Part shown: piece after piece, positions 37,703 through 47,536 of the stretch
Numbering within the stretch: position 1 is the first letter of the stretch
Layout: every line of letters begins with the position of its first letter
Source of the DNA: Candidatus Omnitrophota bacterium
Lineage (GTDB): Bacteria > Omnitrophota > Gorgyraeia > Duberdicusellales > 4484-171
Direction: 5' to 3'
Assembly (NCBI GenBank): GCA_041652815.1
Contig: JBAZGN010000001.1
Span: 97,363-161,362 of the forward strand
DNA length: 64,000 bases
Notes under the pieces: generated by a model
Told to the model about the DNA's origin: nothing
Database searches by the model: none
What the model saw: only the letters and a program-made list of their open reading frames with translations
Translations under genes and position numbers: made by a program

Positions 37703-39382
37703 TTACTCTGTCGTTGCGCGTAAGACCTCTTCTATAGAAGTTGTGCCTTCAATGCAATGCGCAAACCCATTTTCTCGTAAAGGCCTGTAACCTCTGTTTT
37801 TCATTGCGTATTCGATGATTTCGTCTTCCGAGCGCCGGCTTATAATCATTTCTTTCATTTTATCATCCAAAAGAAGAACCTCCAATATGGCTATTCTTCC
37901 CCTGTAACCGGTATCATTACAATAGCTACACCCCTTTGGTATGAAGAATGTCCTGTTATTGGTTTCAATTTTTAAGTTTTTCAAAACTTTTTCTTCTATC
38001 TCATATTTTTCTTTACATTTGGAACAAAGTTTCCGGACTAACCTTTGAGCTGTTGCCGCAACTAAAGACGATGCCAAGAGGAAAGGTTCGATGCCCATAT
38101 CGATAAGCCTGGTTATAGCGCCAACTGCTGTATTTGTATGCAGAGTCGAAAGAATAATTTCTCCGGTTAAAGATGCCTTTATTGCTATATCTGCTGTTTC
38201 GCTGTCTCTGATTTCTCCTACCATTATTATATCCGGCGACTGCCTGAGCACTGAACGCAAACCGTTTGCGAAAGTAAGCCCTATTTCGGTATTTACATGA
38301 ATTTGCGTTATCCCTTCTATCTGATACTCTATAGGATCTTCTATGGTGACTATGCTTTTTTCGGGAGTGTTTGTTTGATTAATTATCGAATAAAGTGTTG
38401 TTGATTTTCCGCTTCCCGTGGGCCCGGTTACAACAATCATTCCAAAAGGAGCTTTTGTCGCTTCCTCAAAAAGCTTAAGCGGCTCATCTGAGAACCCCAA
38501 GGCTTTTAAGCCGGTCGATAGATTTTCTTTGTCCAAAACTCTTAAAACAAATTTTTCCCCAAAATGCGTAGGCAGGCTTGATACTCGAAAATCTATCTCT
38601 CTGCCTTCGAATTTAACCTTGAAACGGCCGTCTTGCGGCAGGCGTGACTCGGTTATGTCCAAAGAAGAAATTATTTTAAGGCGTGCTATTACTGCTTGCT
38701 GGTTCTTTTTAGGAAAATTAAATTCTTCATGCAGGCTTCCATCTATTCTGTATTTTATTACTAATCTGTCTTGATAAGGCTCAACATGGATATCTGAGGC
38801 CCGTTTTTTTAAAGCATTGTAAATAAATAAATCAACCGCGCGCACAATCGGCGGGCGGGCGCTTTCATCAATCAGGGTTTCAAGAGAATCTTTTGCTTCA
38901 AAAACCTCACCTACTTCAAAATAAGAATCCTCATCGATAAATTTGGCAGTATCTTCCGTCTTATACAATATGCTTAGCGCTTTAACAATATCATCTTCCC
39001 TGGAAAGCACCAAGTCTACTCTTTCTGCACCGGTTATTATTTTGATATCGTCGTGGCTTAAAACATTTAAAGGGTTGCCGGTCGAAATAGTTAAAGCATT
39101 ACCAATTCTGCACACCGGAAAAACTTTATACCTAAAAGCTATATCTTGGGGTAACAAATCTTTATTTTTATAAGGTACTTTATATTTCTTCAAATCCAGA
39201 AAAGGTATCTTAAATTCTTTAGAAAAGATCAGAAGAAGCTCTTCTTCTGTCACAAGGTGGTTGTCGATAAGCAAGTGCTTAAAAATATCGTAGTTAGAAG
39301 CCCCCTCTATAGATTTAAGTACGTGCTTATTTATACTTTTATTTGCCTGTATGTAACTTAATATTTTATTTTTTAAACTCAT
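37703..39382 (-). CDS. GspE/PilB-family secretion ATPase (paralog 2)
   Basis: N-terminal T2SSE_N domain. Walker A GPTGSGKSTTLYS. C-terminal tetracysteine CSKC...CSYC. Confidence 0.8.
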   Translation of the reverse strand: MSLKNKILSYIQANKSINKHVLKSIEGASNYDIFKHLLIDNHLVTEEELLLIFSKEFKIPFLDLKKYKVPYKNKDLLPQDIAFRYKVFPVCRIGNALTISTGNPLNVLSHDDIKIITGAERVDLVLSREDDIVKALSILYKTEDTAKFIDEDSYFEVGEVFEAKDSLETLIDESARPPIVRAVDLFIYNALKKRASDIHVEPYQDRLVIKYRIDGSLHEEFNFPKKNQQAVIARLKIISSLDITESRLPQDGRFKVKFEGREIDFRVSSLPTHFGEKFVLRVLDKENLSTGLKALGFSDEPLKLFEEATKAPFGMIVVTGPTGSGKSTTLYSIINQTNTPEKSIVTIEDPIEYQIEGITQIHVNTEIGLTFANGLRSVLRQSPDIIMVGEIRDSETADIAIKASLTGEIILSTLHTNTAVGAITRLIDMGIEPFLLASSLVAATAQRLVRKLCSKCKEKYEIEEKVLKNLKIETNNRTFFIPKGCSYCNDTGYRGRIAILEVLLLDDKMKEMIISRRSEDEIIEYAMKNRGYRPLRENGFAHCIEGTTSIEEVLRATTE

Positions 39383-39463
39383 TTCTAAAGCCTTCAGCTA
39401 TCAGCTTTCAGTCTTCAGCTGAAAGCAGAAGACTGATGGCTGAAAGCTTTTTTAGTCTTTAGT

Positions 39464-41158
39464 CTATCCCAATGGTTCGTCCGGGCCCGTAACTTTCAAT
39501 ACTTCTTCAAGAGTAGTTATGCCTTTAACCACCTTGATTAATCCATCTTCCCTTAAAGTGCGCATGCCTAAAAGCCTGGCTTCCCTTTTTATAATATGTT
39601 CGGAAGTTGAGCTATTAACTAACGCTCTTATTTTTATGCCTACAGGAAGATATTCACAAAGCACAGTCCTTCCTTTATAGCCTGCGTTTTGACACGAATT
39701 ACACCCTTTAGCTTTATAGAGCTTTGCCTGTTTGTCTATAGAGTATTTCTCTCTAATAGCGTCAGGCATTGTAAACTCCTCTTTACATTTATTGCAAAGC
39801 GTGCGCACTAACCTTTGGGTTAAAACACCGATGAGCGTAGAAGAAAGTAAAAATGGTTCAATGCCCATGTTAAGAAGCCTGGTTACAGAGCCAGGGCTGG
39901 TTGTTGTATGAAGTGTCGATAAAACCATATGCCCGGTTAGAGCTGCTTTTATAGCAATATCTGCGGTATCAAAATCTCTTATTTCTCCTATCATTATTAT
40001 GTCGGGGTCTTGGCGTAAAATAGAACGCAGGCATGATGCAAAAGTCAGATTTATCTGAGGGTTAATACTTACCTGGTTTATACCTTTTAATTGATACTCT
40101 ATGGGGTCTTCGACGGTTATTATGTTTTTCTCCGGAGCGTAGATATGGGATATTGTAGCATAAAGCGTTGTAGTCTTTCCGCTGCCGGTTGGCCCGCAAA
40201 CAAGAATTAAACCGTGCGGCTTAAGGCTGTCTTCCTTAACCTGCTTAAGAACATCTTCTTCAAAGCCCAAAAGATCCAAATCAAGAAGCGCTGTAGTTTT
40301 GTCAAGAATCCTTAGCGCGCATTTTTCCCCCATACTGGACGGCAAAACAGAAACCCTAAAATCAACGTTTCTATCGGAAATAATACTTCTAAATCTGCCT
40401 TCTTGGGGAAGCCTATGTTCTGCGATATTTAAGTTACACATTACTTTTACGCGGGACACCACAAAGGGATGCATTTTTTTAGGAAAAGTTTCTGCTTCGC
40501 GCAATAATCCATCTACCCTGAACCTTACCCTGCTTGTTTTTTCCAATGGCTCTATCAATATATCTGATGCCCGTTCATATACGGCTTTCTTTAACATAGA
40601 GTTGGTGAATTTTATAACCGGAGCTTCGTCTATGGAGCCAATCTCTTCCCCTGTTCCTTCTTTCTCTCTTATTATTTCAAGATTCTCCGGCCGTTGGCCT
40701 TCTATAATATCCTCAAGCGAGGTCAGCGGCTGGCGGCTATAATGGGCGGCTATTGCTTCCTTCATTTCAGACAAAGGCGCTATCACGGGGTTTATTTCAC
40801 ATCCGGTAATTTTCTTTAAGTCATCTATAGCCAAGACGTTTAAAGGGTCGCTCATCGCAACGGTTATGGAGTTACCAATTTTACCTATAGGCATAGCTTG
40901 TAAGTTGTGCGCAAGTTTTTCAGGAATAAGGTCTAAAATTTCTTTTGTGATATTTAAATTAAGAACTCTCATCGGCGGGATTGAAAGATATTCCGAAAGT
41001 ATACTTATAATCTGCGATTCCTGCATAATGCCGAGCTTTACAAAAAGTTCAACCAAAGACCCACCTTTTTCTTTTTGGGTAGACAAGGCTTTTCCCAGGT
41101 CATCTTTCGAAATAAGCTTTTTATCGATAAGGTAGTCGGTAAATTTCTCTTTCACCAT
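39464..41158 (-). CDS. GspE/PilB/MshE-family secretion ATPase (paralog 1)
   Basis: T2SSE_N domain with partial MshEN-like motif. Walker A GPTGSGKTTTLYA. CNKC...CNSC. Confidence 0.8.
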   Translation of the reverse strand: MVKEKFTDYLIDKKLISKDDLGKALSTQKEKGGSLVELFVKLGIMQESQIISILSEYLSIPPMRVLNLNITKEILDLIPEKLAHNLQAMPIGKIGNSITVAMSDPLNVLAIDDLKKITGCEINPVIAPLSEMKEAIAAHYSRQPLTSLEDIIEGQRPENLEIIREKEGTGEEIGSIDEAPVIKFTNSMLKKAVYERASDILIEPLEKTSRVRFRVDGLLREAETFPKKMHPFVVSRVKVMCNLNIAEHRLPQEGRFRSIISDRNVDFRVSVLPSSMGEKCALRILDKTTALLDLDLLGFEEDVLKQVKEDSLKPHGLILVCGPTGSGKTTTLYATISHIYAPEKNIITVEDPIEYQLKGINQVSINPQINLTFASCLRSILRQDPDIIMIGEIRDFDTADIAIKAALTGHMVLSTLHTTTSPGSVTRLLNMGIEPFLLSSTLIGVLTQRLVRTLCNKCKEEFTMPDAIREKYSIDKQAKLYKAKGCNSCQNAGYKGRTVLCEYLPVGIKIRALVNSSTSEHIIKREARLLGMRTLREDGLIKVVKGITTLEEVLKVTGPDEPLG

Positions 41159-41271
41159 TCAACCTCGCTTCGCTCGGTTAGTTCACAGAGTACAGATTAC
41201 AGAAAGCAGAGTACAGAATAATTTCTTATTTCTTCTCTGTTCTCTATACTCTGTTATCTGTTCTCTTTTTC

Positions 41272-41709
41272 TTAATAGAACTTCTCTATCGCTTTCCTTA
41301 TGTCCGAGGGGGTACTGACAAAAACCTGGATATCGCAGTGGCTTAAATCTTCCAGGTCTTCTATCGCCTGAGTATTCAAGGGGTTAGCTATGGCTACCGT
41401 TAAGGTGGCTCCGATTTTGTCCAGTGCTATCAGGCAATAATGCGTAGCAACATTCTTGGGTACTAAACTTACTGTTTCTTTGGAAACTTCATAATTCTCT
41501 AGGGGAAGGTAAGGAAACCCGAACTGAAGGCTAAGGCAATGCGCAATCTCATCTTCCTTGGCAAATCCTAATTTTGCAATAACCTCTCCAATTAAACCAC
41601 CATCTTTATTCTGGACAGCTAGAGCTTTTTCCAGTTGCTCAAAGGTGATAACGCCCCTTTCTACCAGAATCTGGCCCAAAGGTTTTTCTACTTTTTTAGG
41701 AGGTTTCAT
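41272..41709 (-). CDS. Stand-alone T2SSE_N (MshEN) domain protein with two c-di-GMP-binding-type motifs
   Basis: LGQILVERGVITFEQLEKALAVQ and LIGEVIAKLGFAKEDEIAHCLSLQ fit the MshEN consensus LGxxLVxxGxIxxxQLxxALxxQ. Confidence 0.6.
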   Translation of the reverse strand: MKPPKKVEKPLGQILVERGVITFEQLEKALAVQNKDGGLIGEVIAKLGFAKEDEIAHCLSLQFGFPYLPLENYEVSKETVSLVPKNVATHYCLIALDKIGATLTVAIANPLNTQAIEDLEDLSHCDIQVFVSTPSDIRKAIEKFY

Positions 41710-43042
41710 TTGCTTGCGATGTGCCGATGTGGGATTCGGCGAAAAGTATAAGTTCTTTTGCAGTTACACCGTCTATCGGATTTTCCGCTACAGAAAAGGA
41801 GAGTTTCACTTGATTCTTAAAATTATCTTCTATTTTCTTTTTAAGTTCTTTGGCGATTGCCTGCGATTGCCTTTTATTCTTTTCTATCAAAATCGCACAC
41901 AAACGGCTTAATCCGAACCTTCCGGGTATATCAATTGGCCTTAAGCCTTCTTTAAATATCTTTGCGGTCTTTTTTACCAGCTTCTCCGATTCAATCGGGC
42001 CGAATCTCTCTTGATATTCCTTATAATTGGATATTTCCATAAATAATAATGCGCAGGGGCGCTGATAAGAAAGAGACCTTATCATTTCTTCGTCAAGCCT
42101 TTTTCTAATATACTTTTCGTTATATAATCCGGTCAAATAATCAAACACTTCAAGTTCATCTACTTTATGAGAAAGCCTCTTGTGCTCCCAGATAATTGCG
42201 ATATTTTGAGAAAAAAGATTAAGCACGCTTAAATCATCCTTGCTAAACATAAAATTATCAAGGTGTGAAGCAGCAACTAAAATTCCGACTTGCTGGTTTC
42301 TGGAAAGAATCGGCACAACAGCCATATTAATCACACCTAATCCATTTGCAAGCTTCGTATAAGGAAAACTCTTGTTTTCTTTATCTAGAATAAATGTTCT
42401 TCCGGCCTTATATAAATCAGAATTTTTTTCATCGATAATTTCTTCAACTTTTGCGGCATCAATTCCGCAATAGCTTGCTAATTCGAATTTTCCGGAAAGC
42501 TCATCCAAAAGGATACAAAAGCTTATTTTCATTTCCACTATTTCTTTCAAACGCTGATTTAGAAATTGAAGTATTTCCCGGGGAGGCAATTCTTTTGAGA
42601 ATAAATCGTTTGCCTGTAAAATTGTAGACAAAACCAAAACTTTCTTTGAAACTTCCTGGTTTAATTCTTCTGCTTTCTGGCTGAAATCTTTAAGTTGCTC
42701 CAGGCCGCTTCTCATTTTGGAAGAAAGTATATTAATTATCGATTCAAGGCTCTGCACTTCATTGGCCACATCAGGAGCATCTTCGCCTATGTTTTTCAGT
42801 GTTTTTTTAGAATTAGAATATACCCTTACGATTGAAGTAAAAACTTCGAAAATTATCCACCACCCCAGGGATATAATTAAAAAAGCAGCGACTACGGCAT
42901 GAATCGAAATGTACAGGCCGCTAAAGTGGTAAATGATGACAATAAGCGGAATTAATGTAACCAGGGATATAGCTATCCAAATTCTTCTTTTTAAACTTAA
43001 TTCCTGGATCGAAAATTTTTTTTTCTTATCATTATTAGGCAT
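41696..43042 (-). CDS. Membrane-anchored GAF-like plus degenerate GGDEF-domain protein (probably non-catalytic)
   Basis: Two N-terminal TM helices. GGDEF fold (FDYLTGLYNEKY...) with the active-site motif replaced (GRFGLSRL instead of RxGGDEF) and metal-binding Asp residues lost. Confidence 0.6.
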   Translation of the reverse strand: MPNNDKKKKFSIQELSLKRRIWIAISLVTLIPLIVIIYHFSGLYISIHAVVAAFLIISLGWWIIFEVFTSIVRVYSNSKKTLKNIGEDAPDVANEVQSLESIINILSSKMRSGLEQLKDFSQKAEELNQEVSKKVLVLSTILQANDLFSKELPPREILQFLNQRLKEIVEMKISFCILLDELSGKFELASYCGIDAAKVEEIIDEKNSDLYKAGRTFILDKENKSFPYTKLANGLGVINMAVVPILSRNQQVGILVAASHLDNFMFSKDDLSVLNLFSQNIAIIWEHKRLSHKVDELEVFDYLTGLYNEKYIRKRLDEEMIRSLSYQRPCALLFMEISNYKEYQERFGPIESEKLVKKTAKIFKEGLRPIDIPGRFGLSRLCAILIEKNKRQSQAIAKELKKKIEDNFKNQVKLSFSVAENPIDGVTAKELILFAESHIGTSQANETS

Positions 43043-43148
43043 GTAATTTTAATTTTTAAATATTCTTTTTATAACTCAAGCTACACCCGCCGCAACCACC
43101 CTTCTAGGCATACATTTAAATAAAGCTTAACATTTTTCGCCTTAGATG

Positions 43149-43535
43149 TCAATTGAAGCTGGTTTCCTTAAAGGAGAGTATTACATTTATACCCTTAAGT
43201 ATCTCATCTATAGTATAAGGCTTTGTGACATAGTAATCTGCTTCCAGGGAATAACCTTTTTTTATATCCTCAAGCTCCTTTTTGCCGGTTGCCAGCATGA
43301 CAAAAATATCCGGCTTATTTTTTTTAATCCACTTAAGCACTTCCAGGCCGTCCAGCTCCGGGAGTATTATATCCAAAACCACCACATCCGGCATAAAATC
43401 TTGCACCTTCTGAATAGCGTCTTTACCGTCAACGGAAGTTTCAACTTTAAAATTAAACCTGCGAAGCCCTTCCGCAAGCAAGGTTAGTGTATCTTTCTCG
43501 TCTTCAACAACCAGAATTTTTTTTCCTCCAGGCAT
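43149..43535 (-). CDS. Single-domain CheY-like response regulator receiver
   Basis: KKILVVEDE...DVVVLDIILPELDG...LATGK. GGAGG RBS before MPGGKK. Confidence 0.75.
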   Translation of the reverse strand: MPGGKKILVVEDEKDTLTLLAEGLRRFNFKVETSVDGKDAIQKVQDFMPDVVVLDIILPELDGLEVLKWIKKNKPDIFVMLATGKKELEDIKKGYSLEADYYVTKPYTIDEILKGINVILSFKETSFN

Positions 43536-43625
43536 ATTAATTACCTCCCCCCTTGCAACCACAGATATTATTCATCCGTGCCATCTACCCGCCCTTAAGC
43601 TATGTTAAAAGCACCTATGGTTGCA

Positions 43626-44156
43626 TTATTTGATTTCTCCGTTTTTTATTACTGCTATCATGTCCTTAAGAAATTCTCTTTCAGCACTTGCTAATTTGAA
43701 ATGATGTTTAAGCAGTAATGTTAAATTCTTTGGTGTATTTTTATGTTCTTTTTCTTTTTCAAGCAACCATCGTTTTACCTTTTCCAAAAACCAAAGCCGC
43801 AGCCTTAGTAGCGGCAAAATCTTTTTTTTATCAAGGAAAGGTAAAAAATATAAAGCCACATCTAATTCAACGAAAGGTTGACGCTGCGAAAGAAATATTT
43901 GCCTGCAAAGCTCGAAGAATTCCTTCTCTCCGCGAGGCGTTATATGATAAATGTATTTATTAAGGTTCTTTTTCCCTTTAATTTCCTTTTTTTTTACAAG
44001 GCCCTGCTCCTCCATTTTGCTAAGAGGGTAGTATATCGATTGCATTTCAAATTCAGAAAAAATTCCCATTTCTTTCTGAATTATTTTTTTTATCTGATAA
44101 CCGTGCTTGGGGCCTTCTTTTAAAATACCTAATATTACAAGCCGCTGTATACGCAT
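43626..44156 (-). CDS. PadR-family transcriptional regulator
   Basis: ILGILKEGPKHGYQIKKII...YYPLSKMEEQGLV. Confidence 0.75.
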   Translation of the reverse strand: MRIQRLVILGILKEGPKHGYQIKKIIQKEMGIFSEFEMQSIYYPLSKMEEQGLVKKKEIKGKKNLNKYIYHITPRGEKEFFELCRQIFLSQRQPFVELDVALYFLPFLDKKKILPLLRLRLWFLEKVKRWLLEKEKEHKNTPKNLTLLLKHHFKLASAEREFLKDMIAVIKNGEIK

Positions 44157-44227
44157 CTTTTAAAGCTCTCAGCTGTCAGCTTTCAGTTATCAGCTCCTGA
44201 AAGCCGATAGCTGATGGCTGATAGCCT

Positions 44228-45181
44228 TTATTCCTTAAACACACCCATCTTTCTGAATTTATCGTACCTTAGCTTAAGAAGTGTGTTTATATCCATACTT
44301 GTCAACTCTTTCAGACCCTTTAAGATTGACTCTTTTAAATTCTTAGCCGTTATTTCATAATTTCTATGGGCGCCGCCTTCAGGCTCCTGGATAATTTCAT
44401 CTATTATTCCTAAGTTTAATAAATCCGGCGCGGTTAATTTTAAAACTTTTGCTGCTTCCTTTTTTGCCGCTGCATCTTTCCACAAAATAGCAGCGCATCC
44501 TTCCGGAGAAATAACTGAATAATAAGCGTATTCCATTGTTAAAACTTTATCCCCCACCCCAATTCCCAAGGCTCCCCCTGACCCACCTTCGCCTATCACG
44601 ACAACAACAATTGGGGCCCTGATGCAAAACATATCTCGTATATTTTCTGCAATCGCTAGGGCTTGTCCGCGCTCTTCAGCCCCTATTCCCGGATACGCGC
44701 CTGGTGTATCAATAAGACAAACTATAGGCAAACCAAATCTTTCTCCAAGGCGCATAAGCCTGATTGCTTTACGGTACCCTTCAGGATTTGCACAACCAAA
44801 GCTTCTGGCAATGTTTTCTTTTGTATCTTTGCCTTTTTGGTGCCCGATAAGAACAATTTTTTTGTCATCCAGCGTTGCAAGACCGGCAATAATCGCCCTG
44901 TCTTCTCCGAAAAGCCTATCACCGCACAAAAGCAAAAAATCTTTCATTATAAGATTGATATAATCCATGGTGGTAGGCCTTTTTGGATGGCGGGCGATTT
45001 GTATTGTCTGCCAGGGAGATAAATTAGAATAGATTCCTTTTTTGAGGTTCTTTAATTTTTTCTCCAAATTATTTATCTCTGCAGATAGATCAACTTCTTT
45101 TTCTGCAGAGAACCTCCTCAACTCTTCAATCTTTCTCTCCAACTCAATAACTGGTTTTTCAAAATCCCAATTTTCTATCAT
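44228..45181 (-). CDS. accA: Acetyl-CoA carboxylase carboxyltransferase alpha subunit
   Basis: Full-length AccA motifs (…IGHQKGKDTKENI…DTPGAYPGIGAEERGQ…). Confidence 0.9.
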   Translation of the reverse strand: MIENWDFEKPVIELERKIEELRRFSAEKEVDLSAEINNLEKKLKNLKKGIYSNLSPWQTIQIARHPKRPTTMDYINLIMKDFLLLCGDRLFGEDRAIIAGLATLDDKKIVLIGHQKGKDTKENIARSFGCANPEGYRKAIRLMRLGERFGLPIVCLIDTPGAYPGIGAEERGQALAIAENIRDMFCIRAPIVVVVIGEGGSGGALGIGVGDKVLTMEYAYYSVISPEGCAAILWKDAAAKKEAAKVLKLTAPDLLNLGIIDEIIQEPEGGAHRNYEITAKNLKESILKGLKELTSMDINTLLKLRYDKFRKMGVFKE

Positions 45182-45248
45182 TTGAATAGCCTTCAGCTTT
45201 CAGTCGTCAGTCTTCAGCAGCTGAAAGCTGATGACTGACAGTTTATTA

Positions 45249-46049
45249 TTAATCGATAATAGTTACCTCTGTGCCCACAGGAACCATGTCGTATAATTCT
45301 TCCACTTCTTCGTTACGCATTCTGACACAACCAAGAGTAACTTGTTTGCCAAGCTGCCCTGGTTCGGTTGTGCCGTGTATTCCGTAGCCTTTTGCTTCAA
45401 TGCCCAGCCAACGGGTACCTAAAATATTCTCCGGGCTATCGGGCGGAACAACTGCTCCGGCTTTAAACCAAGTAGGGTTAGGCTGTTTATTAACAATTTT
45501 AAAGACACCTACCGGGGTTGAATTATTTTTACCCGTAGAAACTATATAAGTTTTCACTATCTCATCGCCGACCTTTAAAAAAAGAAGGTTTTGCGATTTA
45601 TCAACCACTATGGAAAATTTACAGTTATTAATTTTTAATTCCTGTTCGGGCCTTATTACATCCGAGCTTAGATTGTTGGTTCTTTTGATAAGTTCTATTG
45701 TGGTATTATTTTCTTTGGCAATCTTCGCCAAGCTATCGTTTGGCCTTACAATGTATTTCTTCGCGCATTTATCTACTATGGGAGAAAATATAATTTTTAT
45801 ATTTATATCCTCTATCTTTCTTTGTATTTCTTTAAGCCTTGCGGTATCGTCTGTTTTTTCCTGCGCCTGCTCATAAAGTTTTTTTGCCGCCAGCAAATCG
45901 CCGTTAAGGAATGCCATATCTGCTTCTTTTAGATAGGCTTTCTGAAAATTTGATTGTGCATTGTTAGATTTCCTCCCCAAAGCAAATAACACAGCCAGAG
46001 CAACGACAATCGCAATTGCCGCTATGATTATTATGAATTGTTTTTTCAT
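45249..46049 (-). CDS. L,D-transpeptidase (YkuD) with LysM domain
   Basis: LysM (IVRPNDSLAKIAKENNTTIELIKRTNNL). Catalytic GIHGT...LGCVRM. AAGGAG RBS at MKKQF. Confidence 0.8.
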   Translation of the reverse strand: MKKQFIIIIAAIAIVVALAVLFALGRKSNNAQSNFQKAYLKEADMAFLNGDLLAAKKLYEQAQEKTDDTARLKEIQRKIEDINIKIIFSPIVDKCAKKYIVRPNDSLAKIAKENNTTIELIKRTNNLSSDVIRPEQELKINNCKFSIVVDKSQNLLFLKVGDEIVKTYIVSTGKNNSTPVGVFKIVNKQPNPTWFKAGAVVPPDSPENILGTRWLGIEAKGYGIHGTTEPGQLGKQVTLGCVRMRNEEVEELYDMVPVGTEVTIID

Positions 46050-46124
46050 CTTTTTACTCCTTTTCAATGAGACTTGCATTTTTGCAAGCCGCAAGGCGCA
46101 GCAAAAATGCTTAGTCGAATTGAA

Positions 46125-46288
46125 CCCAGCACTAATTTTTTAAACAAGCGCCGAGCTATCAAAATGTTATTAAATCTTATAGTTTTACATTACAATTCCA
46201 GCCTAACCACAAAAATTAGTGCTGGGTAAATTCGGCTACGCAACTTTTCTACGCCAGTTATGGGCTTGAAAAGTTGCTGCCTCATTTA
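46125..46288. repeat. aattcggctacg...ctgcctcatta family copy, intra-operon
   Basis: Long hairpin cccagcactaattttt...aaaattagtgctggg, then taaattcggctacgcaacttttc...gaaaagttgctgcctcattta. Confidence 0.6.
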
Positions 46289-46731
46289 TAAAATAACAGA
46301 GTTACAAGGATACCTATGAGTGCGCCTGCAAAGACTTCTGTAGGGGTATGTCCTGCTAGTTCCTTTAAGCGGTCATCTTGAATTTTACGTTTACTATGTA
46401 AATCATCCATAATCCTGTTAAGAATACGTGCCTGCACGCCTATAGACCGCCGCCAGGTTTGAGCATCAAACATTGTCATCAATGCAAAGAAACAGCTCAT
46501 GGCAAAGATAGGAGAAGAAAACCCCACTTCTTTACCCAGAGAAGAAGCCAGGCCCACAACTGCTGCGCTATGCGCTGACGGCATGCCTCCGGTACGTAAA
46601 ATCCAGTTAAAGTTGAATTTCTTCTCAGTAACAAGCCCTATAATTACCTTTAAGCCCTGGGCTGTCACCCAACTTAAATTCGTAATCCAGAAAACCTTAT
46701 TGGACCATAATCCTTGAAAAACTCCTTCCAT
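46282..46731 (-). CDS. Divergent PAP2 / DUF212 family membrane protein
   Basis: GGMPSAHSAAVVGLASSLG motif. Confidence 0.7.
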   Translation of the reverse strand: MEGVFQGLWSNKVFWITNLSWVTAQGLKVIIGLVTEKKFNFNWILRTGGMPSAHSAAVVGLASSLGKEVGFSSPIFAMSCFFALMTMFDAQTWRRSIGVQARILNRIMDDLHSKRKIQDDRLKELAGHTPTEVFAGALIGILVTLLFYK

Positions 46732-47104
46732 ATTTTAATATTATAAGGATAACCCCAGATTTTGCAATAGCAAAATCTGCCCGAAGGCCCGCCGCCAAAA
46801 TTTTTAAGCCAAAGGTCGAACCGAAACTTAATCATAAGTTTCGGTTCGAGGTAATCCTAAAATTTGCATTAGAAATTATGGTCTTGACTTAACATGTTTA
46901 GTGCGAAATACTTGTACAATAACTGCCTGATATAAAAAATCGCAGGCAAATTTTGGAATAAAAGGGTATTTGGGCAATAAAAATTAAATTTGCGGCTATT
47001 TGCTGCTGCTCTTTGTATGTATGCGCCACTGAGGCTTTCTCGTTCGACTATATTAACGATTATTTAAAAGTATACCTGCTACGCTTGGGCATGTGGTTTT
47101 TGAA

Positions 47105-47533
47105 TTAATGTACCAGAATGCCTTGGTCCCTGAGTTGTTCAATCCGCTCTTTAGGAGGGCGCTTGCCAATTTTTGTCACGCCGGATACGGGCTTTTCGGT
47201 AACCACAGAAGTACCTTCTGCGCCGGCGGCGGCGGGCGAGCTTGAAGAAGTAGGTGTTTTTTTGGGGGACACATTGGTATTTATCTTTTTGTTTTCTAAA
47301 GTAACTGTTTCTTTTGCGGGTTGAGCTTTTTTGATAATGGTGATTGCTGATTTATTTTCGGAAGGTAAAGATGATTGCTGGTGCCTGGTTAATGTTTCTT
47401 GCTCTTCGGCAGAAAATTGTTGTACAATTTTCTGTACTGGAACGGATTGGCTAATATTGCTTTTTCTATTTATAAAAATCAAAAGAAATACCGTGGCAAG
47501 AATAAAAACTATATAAAAAACCTTCTGTTTCAT
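47105..47533 (-). CDS. Hypothetical membrane-anchored Pro/Ser/Thr-rich protein (pilus-operon associated)
   Basis: N-terminal TM, then low-complexity PTS-rich region. Confidence 0.4.
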   Translation of the reverse strand: MKQKVFYIVFILATVFLLIFINRKSNISQSVPVQKIVQQFSAEEQETLTRHQQSSLPSENKSAITIIKKAQPAKETVTLENKKINTNVSPKKTPTSSSSPAAAGAEGTSVVTEKPVSGVTKIGKRPPKERIEQLRDQGILVH

Positions 47534-47536
47534 AAT

